A DNA stretch of 64,000 bases from Chlorokybus atmophyticus (Eukaryota; Plantae; Mesostigma and Chlorokybus algae), in the NCBI GenBank assembly GCA_009103225.1, contig RHPI01000671.1:405651-469650 (forward strand), written 5' to 3'. Made by a program: the position numbers and the translations under genes. Of this stretch, positions 1 to 17,375 are shown piece after piece; position 1 is the stretch's first letter, and every line of letters begins with the position of its first letter. The notes under the pieces are model-generated. The model did no database searches. It had not been told where the DNA came from and saw only the letters and a list, made by a program, of their open reading frames with translations.

Positions 1-39
1 ACACACATTGCATGCACGGACAAGCGCTAACCGCACCAG

Positions 40-120
40 TGGTGGCACCAACTGAACCGACGTGCGATCGGATCGGGGCTCAAGCGGATCATCAAGAGGT
101 TCAACAGCAACGTGGTGTAA
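40..120 (+). CDS. 3'-terminal exon of a gene starting upstream of the window (WWHQLNRRAIGSGLKRIIKRFNSNVV*), product unknown
   Basis: GCTAAC branch-like motif at 26-31, CAG acceptor at 37-39, 27 codons with strong GC3 bias ending in TAA at 118-120. Confidence 0.65.
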   Translation, partial: WWHQLNRRAIGSGLKRIIKRFNSNVV

Positions 121-1204
121 CGCCGGCAGCGGTTACAACGAACAGGTGTTCAAAAGGCCCGATTACTTACTGGTAGGCGCATTTCGCACAGAGCATGATG
201 TTTGTCCTCTGCCATCTTATAGCTCTTTGCGAGTAACTCGCTTGGTTTAATTATAAGCATGACATGCTATAAGGGTTAAGAGCTTGCTATGAAGGGAATT
301 GTGCTGCCCATTAAGCCGCGCCCATCACGCTTATTGCACTCATTGTGATCAATGTAGCCATTACGATATGTTTACCCCTTGTTACACATCATGCGTCATG
401 CCCTGCTCTATGTTTGAAGAATTTACTTAAATTGTTCAATTATAAACAAGCATTGTAAAAATAGGTTTCGTATGATACAGCTATTAAGATAGATTTTTAT
501 TCCGTCTCTACCACTTCATCATCTATTTTGGTGACGAACAGGATACAGCGTACATCATGTAGGCTACATGCTATTCGTAAGTGATAGTAGTATGGTGCAT
601 GCAGTGCCTGCATGTGTCTTACTGCTGTTACTTCGATACATGCGCAGAAGATTTTATGTAAAAGTAAATAGACGTTGACCTTAAAACAGTGGCTCAATTT
701 GTCTTGACACATGCAATAACATCAATATGCTGTGTCATTCAGCAATGGATAGCAAATAAAATGCGTCAATGATGATGCCATTTTGCAATCATTATGATCA
801 TGCAAAGGTTGTACACCTCTGCAGCAGGCTTGCAATGTTGTTTCATGAGAACCTTACAAATCGATTAGAGCTTTGAAACTTACGAGCAGCTATGCTCCAG
901 ATGAAGGGTTGTCCCACTTGCACGGCCAAACTCAATCCACCCTTGTTGCCAACATGGTTACCAAAGCTGAAGTTCAGTCGAAGTCTGCCGCACACCTTCC
1001 AATGTAGTGCGCTCCTTTCAAGCATCACGTCACCTTTCCCAGGCACGATGCCTCTTGAAGGTCGAGCTGATCAACGCGTTTATCTTATCCTGCAACTGAC
1101 AGCATTGATGCGCATAGACTTTTTGCAAAAACTTCACACGTTGTGAGCGTGACATATTGGATCTTGAAGAATCAAAGCCATACTACGCCTAGTAGATGGC
1201 ATGC

Positions 1205-1206
<2 letters not shown>

Positions 1207-1263
<57 letters not shown>
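1207..1263. repeat. (CT)n microsatellite
   Basis: Direct read of about 28 CT units. Confidence 0.97.
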
Positions 1264-1265
<2 letters not shown>

Positions 1266-2071
1266 CGGGAGGCCGCTCAATGATCGCTAACATCGCTCCT
1301 GCCACCGCCGTCTCTTCTTACGTCATCAATGGCACTGCGTGTAGGTGTCCCCAGCTGGGCACCATTGCAGCTATGCAATGCCGCTGGGCCATGCGTCTCA
1401 ATATTTGTGTGCTTGCTAGCATAATCGTGCGCGTAGTTACAAGTGCGCCTGGACTCACTCAAGCATGCTGATTTGTAAGTAAAGTGGAGGCGCTATGAGA
1501 ACAAGCGGTTGCAGATGTTCCTTTGTGACATGTGTGCTGACCAACATGTGGCAGTGTCATTGCCCGTTTCTGCACACGCGTCCCCATGTCTTCGTTTGAG
1601 GCACCAACATTGTGTAGAAGGGGTATGCTGGTATGCCCGCATGCAAGGTGTGACATTCATAGTGACATGCATGTGACCATCATCACATATTACTCAACCA
1701 AGCCACCATTGTACAAAGTGCAGGACACGCATGTGTCTATGTGTATTAACAATAAAGTGCAATTGCCCCTGTGCTGATATATGCAACGGTGTCACGTGCA
1801 GACAGATCTCAAAGTGTTAGCTACCTTAGCAATTGCTAACATTGTGTGCTGGGGCTGGCAAGAATTAGGGAAGCTCAAGATGCGAGCGAAAGATCTCTTA
1901 TGCAAAGCTCTGCCCTTGACAGGAACAATCGACTGTAACTGGGTCTGCAAGCCTACAACCTGCAACCTGTTCGCTTCATCTTCGCAAAGCTGCCAACTGC
2001 GGAGCAACAGGTGCTGTGCTGCAGAGACTTGTCAATCTCTACAATGTTGTAGTCTATCAGGCCTATGTCAG

Positions 2072-4764
2072 CTACAGCCAACCAAACACAGCAGCTATGG
2101 GTAAATGATCGCTGGGATGCCCATCATTCGGTATTCCAACGCCAACAGTGCCGTTGCCCGCCTCCGGCAACCGCAAAAGATGCGTCAACCGCAAGGAAGG
2201 CGAGCCGCTGTGCATGATGTAGTCAATGGTGGCCTTAAAATCTGGTGAATAGGTGGTAAAGTTGGGCTCGCCTGCATCAGTTTGGCCATCTCCAACCGCT
2301 TTGTACACTGCATACGCGCTGGACAGGCGTAGCGGTGCTGCAACGTCTATCATATCTGATGGGCGATCATCGCTGCTCTGGCTTTGCCGTTTATGCCAGC
2401 AAGGCGCAGGGATGGTCACAGGTCCCGTTGTAACCAACTTGTATACCTGGCGGTTAGCATAGACACCGCTTGTCAACAGCAGAATTGCGCTGGCAGATTA
2501 GAGATGACAATGTGCAGCAGGCATTTCAGAAGGCATTGCTGTGCCAACCTTTTTATCACAAACGGTCATCACAGAAGTTGCATAGTTACAGCACTCACAT
2601 CACTGTCAGGTGTGGAGTTAAAGTCACCGCACACAACAATTGGCAGTGTGTTCCCATTCCCTCGCAAGTCCGTACTGGCTGCTTGAGTGCGAAACGAGGC
2701 CAGCGCCTCCAACAAGTGGCTTGCCTGGGCTAGCTTGACATCATCCAGCTGAGGGTCTGAAGTGCATGGCTGTGTTTACTGACAACCATGGAGAGATTAT
2801 CAAGCACACCCAGCATGACTTGCATGCCATATGCATACAATTGCTGCAACGGGGTACCAGTGATTGCTCGAATTGTACTAACCCCAGTAAAGGTGCGTTG
2901 AAGCCACGACCAGCGCCTTGTGCGGAAGCTGCTTGCTGCGAAACATGCCCATCATAGCCACGCAGTCCCGCGAAAGGCGCACCTGCAATGCAGTCAGTCG
3001 TTGGAACAGCAGCAACGTCGCATGTCTATCTTCGTTTGTCCAGTACACACAACAGCCATTATATCAAACATCAAGGCTGCCAAGGCACGTACATGAGGGT
3101 CGTTGTAATCATACTGTACACTGCCATTTGTTGGCAAAGAATTGGTTGCCCCCACTGAGGTCGGATGCCCTGTCACGTATGGACTGATGAAGTGTAGGCA
3201 CGCTATGTGGATTAGCCATCAAATGCACAAAGCAAGCAGCACTTAGTCCAAGCAAGTTACCGGCTTCTGTGAGCTGCAGATGTTTGGCAGCAATGTCATT
3301 GAACTCAATGCCTTCAGACTGCATGAGCTCAAACCTGCCAAATCACATCTTACTATGCATGCATTCTTGCATACAAGGCAACGAAGCAGGTATCATAATA
3401 CTTGGCAGCATGTTTGTACCATACCGCACCTGTCCTTGCGAAAGAACACAGCACTGCCATCTTTCTTCACACCAGTCCGCTTTTTGTAAATGGCATCGTA
3501 CCCAGCTTCAGCCAGCATGGGCTTGTAGAAGGTGTCAAAGGTGTCGACCTCCTGTAGAGCATATGATCAGCGCAAAGCTTGGACCGACCTTGGTGTCAAG
3601 AAACTTTGTAAGCCAACATTGCCATGTGTTCAAAATGACGCATGGCCTAGCTGTCATACCTGTAAGCAGAGAAAATCTGCATCAAACGATACCAACTCTT
3701 CCACTAGAGCGGATGATCGGCGATGCCACCTATCAGTACAAGACGTGTTAACTAACCACACTGTGCGGAAGTTAGGGGGGCAAAGATTGCACACTGCAGT
3801 GCAGTGACTGTGTCAGAGTTGCGAGGGCACTGTGTTGCTGTTTACTATTACTTGAGTGCAGCCGAGGGAGCATAGGGATACCAGCTAGAACGCACGTACA
3901 CCTGCCAATGTTCATGTCAACAACCAGGGTATCACTAGCCAAGGCTGTTACTGCTAGCAACACCCTGCTAGCTGGCAGCCTATTAACAGCAACAGACATG
4001 TCCTAAGTTCTACATCAGAAAGGAGTGCAACGTGCTGTGAAGTGTAACAAGCATCACCCCTGTGCACTGTCATAGAGGATGCCAATACAAAAATCGCCAC
4101 CTAAGCACAGCACTTACCTGTGCTAGTATATTATATGATACAACCTTCACAGGCAGCTCTGCGGCAGACAAGCATGTTACAGACAGAAAAATGCCATCGC
4201 ATGCCGGAGACTACCAAAACTCACCTTCAAGCTCAGATGGCACTTGGCCGTTGCCATGCACAGGTAGAAAGCATGGCGCGTCCAACCTATATTTATCCTT
4301 CAAACTGCTGCCAGCGCTGACTGTTGCACCTGCTGTCTCACCCTGTCAATGGCTTGCATTAGCACAACTCTGTGAAGCAAAGCTGGGAACTATTGCCACG
4401 CTGCTTGTGCTGTAAGCAGCAAGAAGGCATGCTGTCACCAGCACGCGTTTAGGCACATGGAAGCAAGCTGTGATTCATGCAGCTATTACATCGTTAGCAT
4501 GCTGTAAACAACAAGGGACACGAGGAAGGGGGGGGGGGGGGGGGGGGGGGGGGGGNCCTCCATTGCAAGGGTGGCTGTGACACAGTTGGAAGATGCGGTT
4601 GGAGCAGAACGTCTAGAAAAGAAATGGCAATGGACTCGAGCCGGCTGCAAGCGACAGGACAGCCTGATTGTGCTGTGCAACAGCGGGTGCATGCGCGGCG
4701 CTGTATGTGCAGCCACTGCACCAGTCAAAACTGACGGCCGGGCGCCGCAAAGCGAGGCAGACAT
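2072..4764 (-). CDS. CCR4: CCR4/nocturnin-family endonuclease/exonuclease/phosphatase (plant CCR4 homolog 4-like), multi-exon, with probable N-terminal transit peptide
   Basis: Exons encode VVSYNILAQ, VYVRSSWYPYAP, DADFLCLQEVDTFDTFYKPML, KRTGVKKDGSAVFF, RLSRDCVAMM, STHLYWDPQLDDVKLAQ, FTTYSPDFKATIDYI and HPSDHLPIAAVF, i.e. the full EEP motif order. The 5' exon (ATG 4764) is less certain and lies next to a poly-G/N tract. Confidence 0.9.
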
Positions 4765-5278
4765 CTTGCCATGCGATGATCCTGTGTGGCAACGCCAAAC
4801 TCAATACGACTGTCAAACCAGCTCCCGAAAACTGGGTATGCTGGCGCATTTCACTGCTTGAGGTCGCAAAGCTCCTCTAAGCGCATTTTGCCACAAATTG
4901 CGAGGAACACAAGGAGCGTTGATGAGGGACATAAAAGACAGCGCAAGAGAGAATCCTGTTGTGCAATCGGACATACTTCTGCACACAAGCAACAGCATGT
5001 CCGCAATCTCTCAAAAACTGTCTGTGAAACAAGCAGTGAGCACACCTTGCCTGTGCCTGAGTGTCGCGACAGCTGTGCGAGATCAAGTAACTAAAGTTGA
5101 CAGTGCAAGTTGAAGTCAACAGGCAGTGCTAGCCTAGCTCTGCTGCACAACTGATTGCTGTAAGGCGTTGACTCAAGAGCCAACGACCAGCGTTCAACAA
5201 CCGAACAAGTGAATAAACGAATTACACCGGTACCAACAGGTAGGCGAGGTTGGCGGTGTTTAAGGCTACTCAACAACC

Positions 5279-5314
5279 TAACCTACAATACTGAACGAAT
5301 AGTATTGTAGGTTA
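5279..5314. repeat. Perfect 14-bp-stem hairpin (taacctacaatact-gaacgaat-agtattgtaggtta)
   Basis: Arms are exact reverse complements with an 8-nt loop. Confidence 0.9.
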
Positions 5315-6102
5315 CTGTCAGACAGCGGCCTCCGCATGAATATATATGTAATGTCTAACAAACTGCCCCAGACAGGTCTGAGCCAACGTGCCATCCCCAG
5401 CTGAAACCCACAACGCACCTCCAATTGTATTGCAACACTTTCCCGCCCGCAGCTCCCCAACGCTTAGGCCATCTCGCACACTTCTACTACCACAGCACTA
5501 CTCAATCCGCTAGCCCAATTGCCAGTATTGCAATTCCAATCTGCCAGCTAGCGCGCTGCTGAGACAGCCTCCTGACACAGCGCACGGTGCGACAATTCCA
5601 CAGCCACCACCACCACCACCACCACTGTCACCACCGCCGCCGCCGCCGCCACGTCACCGCCACCGCCACCGCCGCGGACGACGCCACCACCACACTGCCC
5701 ACCTCAGCTGTGAGGATGAGCGTGCCAACTCAGCAGTCGCTCGCCTCCAACTTGGCAATGCTTATCCACACGGCAGCTCCGAAATCCATGAGACTGGTAG
5801 TAGGAATCCTACATCGCAGAACTGGTTATGCTTACATGTATCGGTATACACATATCGGTATACCCCGGGGCAAGAGCCTATACACATAAACGTATACTTA
5901 ATTTATATATGCAAGTGTAGCATCACATGTCAAGCTCTAGATGTCGTACAGCTCTGTCAGGGTTTCGCTTCAACTTTTGCACTGCTCTGCATTCGTGGTC
6001 AAGTGACTGACTGGGCTGCGGCGGCGGCGGAGCTGTGGGTGGGGGTGCGTGCAGGTGTCAGCATGCAGTAGCTAGTTGTGGTTGGTCTTCGAGAATCTGG
6101 GG

Positions 6103-8561
6103 ATGGCTGTTGACGATCCGTTCAAGAACGTCGGCACCAAGGAGTACACCGGCCACAAGAAGGCGGTCAGTGCCGGTGCTTGTGCGTGGGCCGCCTGTTG
6201 GTTGCACTGGGCTTGCTGTCGCTAGACTGGCTTAAAAGCGTGCATGCAATGCTGCCTCTACTGTCGCGTCGTCCCATCAATCTTTGCAGTTTTGCTAAAT
6301 TGGAATGCACGCGGGCGCAATGCTTATCGTCACGCAACAGTGGTTGCCATTGAGTGCAGTCTCTCGCCACAAACAGTGGGTCAGGCTTCAACAGTGTCGC
6401 AATTTGAGCTTCACAGGTGTTCTGTCTGCTGCTGCATAGTCAAAATAAGATACGACATACAACACGTGTGGTGACCATTTTATCGAAGCATTGACCACAA
6501 ACAAGCTGCATGCTTCGATCGTGCAACACGTGCGGTGCTGGTTGTGTAGGTTGGGCGGAGTTATCTAAGGTTGGCTTCGAGTAGTTTTGTTAATCCTGCT
6601 GACTCATTTACCCTGCAGGTGCACTCGCTGTCCTGGAACTGTGCTGGTCGCAAGCTCGCATCTGCTGGGGCGGACAATAACGTGCGCGTATGGAATGTTG
6701 AGTACCAAGGCCATCATGTGAGCATATCGTTGCAGCTTAGTTATTAGCCGCGAGCAAGCGCTTGGCATTGGTTTTACGCATGGCTGCATGCAACCCACCA
6801 TTGCAGGTTGTGTAGTAGAACTGCACACATGAACGTGTATATGCTCAACAAAGTTCATTGCAGAACCGTGACAGTGAAGCGGAGTTGCGAGGGCATACCA
6901 GCTCTATTCAGCAGGTGAGCATGATCGACGCATCCATCTAGACAGTGAAACCGACAAAGTTTGTGTATGAGGGCAGGTTGTGTGGGATCCACGTTCAACA
7001 GACCACCTCGCAACCGCGTCCGGCGATCACACTGTGCGGCTTTGGGACACCAGATGTGAGTTTTGCATGTGAGACATGCCAATGTGTGCATCTGCTTGAT
7101 ATACATCAAGCGTTTCAACATGTCTGAACACATGTGAATGCAAATGCTGTGTTTGGTCTTGGCAGCGGGCAAGAGCACCGCCAGTGTGAACACAAATGCT
7201 GACAACCTCAACCTTACCTGGAGCCCAGACGCCAACTTGATAGCTGTTGGCACTGAGGTACAGTACCGTGGAATTGTTGCTTGCATGCCCTGGATTGTTG
7301 CCAGTTTGCAACAAAACATAAACCAAAACAGTAGCTGATTCTCCGTTGCATTAATGCTAGGAAGACGCCCTCATCCTCATTGATGCACGCAAGGGCAGAC
7401 AGCTGAAGACCATCAAGTATAGTTTTGAGGTACATGCAGTGGTTGTTGCATCCCATGGCTCATGTTCTCGACTGTAACCAGCCCAATGTCGCAGGTTTGT
7501 TGAATTGCACACACCACGCACAGCCATGTTTGTCATCATGCGCTGTACTAAGTCACATCACATCCACCCATGAACACAAGCCCCACGTGAATCACGTGTA
7601 TGTTGCAAATCTGCTTGTCCTGGCGCAGATCAATGAGTTCGAATGGACCAGAAGCGGAGATTTCCTGCTTGTCACAACTTTTCAAGGCATCATGATTTTG
7701 AGAAGCCCCTCATTGGAAATAGTGAGGGTGATTTTCCTGCCGAGCGGGAACTACTCCATCAGTGTCGACCATACGGGCAAGTAAGAGCGAGAGCAACAGA
7801 CTGAACAATGTGCAACAATACGCTAGTGCATAGCAGTCTCCTGACAACAATGCCGTCTCCTGGCGTGCACAACATCATCTGGCTGGCACCCTCAGGAGGG
7901 CAGCAACAGGCGGCGCAGATGCTATGGTCCATGTCTGGGACATGTCTGAGATGGTGTGCATCAAGACCAGACCCTTTGGGCATTTTGAGTAAGAAATTGT
8001 TGACTGCCGTATCGCTCATACACCTGTGTTGCATGTACAGTAGATAACTCAAGAGAATCGGCGTGTCGTATTGCCACATGAGTGACCATACTAGCACATG
8101 CCGCTGTGCTTGTCTGCACCAAGGTTATGGATTGTCCTGCATGCAGGTACCCTATCAGGAGCGTCAAGTACAGCCACGATGCGCGGTACATTGCCGCTGG
8201 CGGTGAAGACCGCTGCGTGGACATCGTGAGTGCGGCAACATACTATTTGCAGCAGGCTTAGTGTGACAATCACCACTTGTCTCAACTCCGTTTGCATTAG
8301 GCTGATGCGGAGACCCTTGAGTCAGTGCACTTAATACCGTCTAAGCAAGTGATCAACACGCTTGCATGGAACCCAAAGTACCCTCTGCTTGCATATGCTG
8401 GAGACGAGACAGATACGGGTTACAGCGAACGCCACACAGGTAAGAGTCTCACTCCCGCCAAAGGCTTATTGCCACAGCTCTGTGCATCACTACTCACTGT
8501 TCTGATTTTGTTTGCAGGCATTGTGCGAGTGTTTGGGTTTCCATCGTCCTCATCATCGTAA
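6103..8561 (+). CDS. THOC3: THO complex subunit 3 (WD40; TEX1), multi-exon
   Basis: Exons join in frame at GT-AG sites: EYTGHKKAVHSLSWNCAGRKLASAG, ELRGHTSSIQQ, ASGDHTVRLWD, TGGADAMVHVWDMSEMVC, EYPIRSVKYSHD, LAWNPKYPLLAYAGD, GIVRVFGF; TAA at 8559-8561. Confidence 0.93.
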
Positions 8562-9043
8562 ACCGGCAGTGTCTGGGCCAAAAAGCTCAAGTCCCAGTCA
8601 TGCAGACGTCATGCACACGCCAGAGGCAGCAAGTGGAGTGACGCAGCCTGTATGTACACAAGAAGTGTACGAGTCCAAGCCTATGAGCTATCAGCGCATT
8701 TCTTCACTCCCTATGTCATCTCCCATGACGCACGCTGCGCATACTGCTCTCGCTGATGTGACCATGCAGTACAACCTGTTCTGCCACTGAGACGTGGCTG
8801 CGCTGGTCCACCATGACTGTGTCAATCCTGGCCAAGATGGGGTGAAATGGATAAGAAGCCTTGCTGGTTGATGTGTGCACTGCACTGTGAGAACTGCAGC
8901 TGTACTGGTGCGACAAGCCGATTACCAGCTGCTGAACTGGTTGAATATGAGTGATCAATCAAGATGTTGCAGTTGATTGACTGTATTGTGTACAGTAAGC
9001 ACTAGACGACTGGCTGTAAGTGCTTGGGTGAGCCGAGTGCAGA

Positions 9044-10911
9044 TTACCTTGAGGCAGCCCACAGCTGCTCCAGCTGCTCTGACAGACGCTCAACCAGGCT
9101 TTGATCGGGAGGCAGAATTTCTGCGCCACCACCTTTGCTGAAAGGTGCAAGGCATTTGTGAGAAGCCAGTGTGTCATGCACAGGTGGGGATAACCAGCAA
9201 GTTGCATGTCACAACTCGGCGATAACCAATGCACTACGTCATGTGTACCTTTGCACTTTGGCCACAGACAGTGCAGACTCGCGTCCCGCCTGTTGACACA
9301 CATCAGGGTCAGGTTGGTCACGAACACAGAGCAAGCGCAGATGATCAGCATACAAGCCACACGTGTGCACCGCAACATCCAGTAAAGGCCACACAGCAAC
9401 CCAACTAGCCCCCAACCTCCTCAGCCTGCCTCTCCCGCGCTTCCCGTGCAGTCCGCAGCTCCCACACAAGCCTCTCCCCCGGCACCTCCCACTGGCCAAT
9501 CACCCGCGTCCGCTGCTGCCGGTCATGCCCGTTGCCATTACCATCGATGTACATTTCCAACAGCGGATGGGATGCGGGTGCGCCGGCGCCAATGCTGCTG
9601 GATTCCCGCTGGAGAGAGGGGCTTGACCCGCGAATCACACGAGCCTGATAACAAGCAATTAGTGATGTTTGTCGAAGTATGCACCTATGCATGGATGTGC
9701 GTAGGTATACAGGCATTACGTTTGGGGCTGAAGGCAGCCAAGTTGCTCGTGGAGAATAGTGGTCATAATGCACACAAAATATGATGAACGAGCAAAGGCC
9801 ATTGACATGTACGTGCACAGTTCAACAACAACACACCTGTCGGCGCATTTCGCGTGCAGCGCGGCGTCTGGTCCTGCGCCTGTCCTCCCCGAGCACCGCC
9901 TCCACCGCCACGCGCGCCGCTGCCCGTGCCACCCACCGCGGCACCTCTGTCAGCATGTACAATCAATCATTGTTGTTATGCTGGCAACAACCAACAACTT
10001 ATCCAAGTTGCTAAAAGCGTATGGTACGGTTACCGCAACATACTCTCACCTTCTGGGTTACTGGAGCGTGACGTGGATGGTGCTGCAGCGCCATCAGTTG
10101 ACTTGTTGTTATCACGCTCTTGTCCGCGTGCACTTGCAGTTGCAGGGTGAGATTGTGATTGGTGTTTTGAGCGGTACTCCTCGCTAATGATGCGCAGGAT
10201 AGGAACTTGAGGGGAAGATGTGGTTGTAGTTGGTTTCTCATGCCTGGCGGGAGGTGTTTGCTCCCTCTGGTCGTCTTGTTGAGTCAAGCAGGTCAGCAGC
10301 AGGGACCCTGCTCTAAACTTCGTCTTGGTGGACACGCCCTGCGGCGGGGCATATGACTTGCACCCTCCCCTCTTCCTGCTCAACTACACGTATACACACA
10401 AACGCATGGGTGGTTGAGCATATAAGCTCTTGCACGCGTACATGCACGCACACGCACACATGTGTAAAAGCAGTGCGCCTGTGCGCACGCGCACGTCCTC
10501 ACACATACACACACACACACACGAGCGCGTGCGCGCACCTCACTCACGCACGCACACACACACACACATTACCTACCGACGGTGTTGTTTTGCACTGTCA
10601 TTGTACTTACATGTGTGGTGCACAAATTCTGGCGGGATCTCTGGGCCGAGAGCTCCAGCAGCACCCGCTCAGCATAGGTCGATGAGGGTGTTGAGGTTGA
10701 GCGTGCGGAGGAGGAGGAAGAATTCAAGCGAGGTGATGTGGCAGGAGATGACGAGCTGGTTGAGGTTGTGGGCTGTACACTCGCAGAGTGAGAGAGTGCG
10801 CGTGTGTCTGTGCCATTGCGCGTGTGTAGTTGTATGTGGGCATGCGCGCCTGTGCCGGTGTGTAGGCAGACGGGTCGGCGTGTGTAGACGAGTGCGTGCG
10901 CGTGCGTGTGT

Positions 10912-10952
<41 letters not shown>

Positions 10953-11131
10953 CTTTGTTTTCCAATGTGCGTGTGAGCGAGCATCACATTCTCACACCCA
11001 CCTTGCACCCATCAGACCTCCTCATCGCCTTGCCCTGAACCCTCACCACTATCCCCACCCCCACCCCCCTCCTCCACCCTGCCGCCCACCCTGCCACGCC
11101 AGCGCCCGATGACCGCCTGCCGAAACAGCAT
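9044..11131 (-). CDS. Orphan protein of roughly 360 aa (7 exons, Ser/Gly/Arg-rich, function unknown)
   Basis: Seven exons join in one frame with canonical GT-AG sites: MLFRQAVIGRW...GDEE | PTTSTSS...YAERVLLELSAQRSRQN | LKRGG...NPE | EVPRWVARAAARVAVEAVLGEDRRR | ARVIRG...HPLLEMYIDG...GQWEVPGERLVWELR | AGRESALSVAKVQ | SKGGGAEILPPDQSLVERLSEQLEQLWAASR*. Confidence 0.7.
10915..10950. repeat. (GA)n microsatellite (intronic)
   Basis: Direct read. Confidence 0.95.
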
Positions 11132-11339
11132 TGAACCGGCGCGGAGATATCACTGATATCATGTCAGGCTCCGAGTCAAGGTTGATATCGACATAGTGGA
11201 AAAGGATTGTTATGTCTGCGTGGCTCTTATATCGAGGTTCAAACCGTATACATCATTTACCATTTCGTGTCAGTCACGTGCCACAAATTACCCCTGATTG
11301 TACCAGCCGTACAGTGGCATACAGTCTACCCCCGCTAAG

Positions 11340-12070
11340 AGACTTCGCTCCAAGAGAATAACCCCGTTTGTAGCATAGAATGTGGGATAACCAATAACCT
11401 TACAGGCAAATGTTGGCGCTTAAAAGACTTGACAAACCACAAAGAGCATATGTCTTGTTACTGAAATACTTGCAAGTTTGAGTGTGCAAAATTTCGAACA
11501 TCGAGGGAGGAGACGTGACGAGTGTGGCATAAGGCGTAATGTTCGTGACGATCAGGGCGTGTTGGGCAAGATGTGATGTGAAACCATTCAGGTGTGACGT
11601 AACATACTGCGCGTGACGTAATGGGCGTAATGGGCGTGATGAAACCGCATTCATAGCATATGTATGCTCCTGACATCCAAGAGCATATTATGCTCTTGTA
11701 CGCCAAGAGAACTAGACGTCGCCAAGAGCATAAGATAGCGGAGGATAAACAGTATGCTCGTAAAGGGGTTAGACTGTAGCCCGGCCTTTGAATGTGTATG
11801 ATGGCGTCGTGTCTATAATGGAAAAGGTGCCGTTGCACGTACATAGCGAACGAGCGCGTGCAACGTGTATGTACGTATCGTACATTGTCCAGGGTACTAC
11901 ACACTCATCATTTGCTGGTACGCTACGCACAGGTACGCTGAGTGCGTAAAATCTACTACGTTTACGCAACTTGACCCTTCCTCTGTTAACATGCCTAAGT
12001 CATGATCATAGCGGAAAGGTCATGCTCATACCCCCTGGTAGTCATGGCCCCCTTGCCATGACTATAGGCA
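11340..12070. mobile_element. Possible non-autonomous TE relic or repeat-rich insert between divergent genes
   Basis: Recurrent CCAAGAG (11350, 11677, 11703, 11722) and GTGACG motifs, short perfect hairpins at 11678-11698 and 12039-12064, no coding signal; no TIR or TSD found. Confidence 0.3.
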
Positions 12071-12542
12071 TGACGGTGTTTTGGTAGAAGCGGCACACGA
12101 AAAGGCCAGTTTCCGTGGCGCTGGTTTGTTTCTTGCTGCGTCTCACCCCGGTGACACCGTCACTTTTTGACGGGTATCTTGCCGTGGCGCTTCTCCGTCA
12201 TAGCTTCGCACTTCTCGGGATTCTCAGTCAGCCCTTCACAGCTTGACCGGACAATCGCTGCTTCAGAGTGCCGGTACGTTAACCCGAGCTCGGTTACCCG
12301 GACGAACCGGTACACACAACAGCAACTTGTCTTCGCCGTAGTGGCATTGGCGGTGTGGGCGACGTCGGCGGCGGTAGCAGTGGAGGTGTCGGCGGCGGTG
12401 CTGGTGGTGGTGTAGTTGGCGTAGTGCGTGTCTGTGTTCGTTCTTTTGCTTAGAGTATGCGGAGACATTGCAGCGGCGGCAGTAGCTGCCGGATGTTATC
12501 GTGAGGGGGCGCAGGCGGAAGCGGCGAGGTCAAAGCAGCTTC

Positions 12543-16368
<3,826 letters not shown>

Positions 16369-17375
16369 ATGTGGTTCTTGCTGTGTATTTGCTAGATAAT
16401 GGACTACTTATAGCGTATAGCTAGCTGCGGATGATCACATCAGCAAACAGGGCAATGTGCTTTGCAGTTGCCACCAAGCCTGTGCTTTTGTGCCTGCAGC
16501 TTAATGCTGGTTGCAGTAGGTGACAACCGAAATGCACTGAACAACGCTGCGGATGTTGTGATGCACCGGGTACTGGTGTGTACAGAAATAGTAAGTGCTG
16601 TATGCCACAAGCACGACACATGCATCGTGCACAAACAACGCCCATGTGGGCAGGTGATTACCAACTGCATATTGACTGCTGCATGTCTAACGGGGTAGAG
16701 GCAGTAGATTAGCGTGCTAGTAGTAGCCCGGTGGTCAACTAATTGTCATTTGTACGACACCTTGCATGTGTTGCTGCGTGCTGACTGAACTACACGTTAT
16801 GCATGCGCATGCATGTCCTGCATTTGATGTACACACCAGCATGCAGCGTCTACATGCACCACCGAGGTCTACCTATATTACTACTACTCGGCTACTGCCT
16901 GTGCCCCCCGTTAAACATGGGAGAACAGTAGCAGACTGCTGCGCACCGACGACTTTGTCGCTCTCATATCGCCTTGTGCACTGAGCATTTGCACAGTGCA
17001 GCCATAAGCACATGGCCAATAGCTGACTGTGTGAAACGCCTTGTGTACAGGTAATGATGCATGCATGTTGACTAGCGGGGCAAGCGTAATAAAGACGAAG
17101 CTAGCTACCTAGGTTGTATAGGCAGCCCGGTGGTTGCTGCCATGTACTGTGCTTATGCTTGCGTATGTCACGCGGGCCGTGCAATGGTGAGTCACATGCA
17201 CAGCATTGCATATGACTATCTAAACATTGCCGCTGAGTCATGTCACTGCTTGCTGCTTCCATGCCTGCACCTACGCGCACGCTCGACCCAGAATTGCCCC
17301 CCTAAACTGCTCTGCGGAAACGGAAACTTGCGCTCAACTTCGGCTGATTTGAGCGTGCACCGCCCCTTCGCACCC

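Noticed and set aside
800-1140. Possible hAT transposase relic (INALISSTFKRHRAWE..) on the minus strand
   Set aside because: Only a vague motif resemblance, many stops, and no TIR or TSD
4786-5119. Several 60-100 aa ORFs upstream of the CCR4-like gene
   Set aside because: No recognisable motif or codon bias; likely 5' UTR or intron sequence
8959-9399. Apparent hydrophobic TM ORF (CGLYWMLRC..)
   Set aside because: Most of it is an intron of the 9044-11131 gene; the true frame splices around it
12160-12468. 102-aa Thr/Ala-rich minus-strand ORF
   Set aside because: Low-complexity GC-rich 5' region of the CDPK gene; no homology signal or splice support
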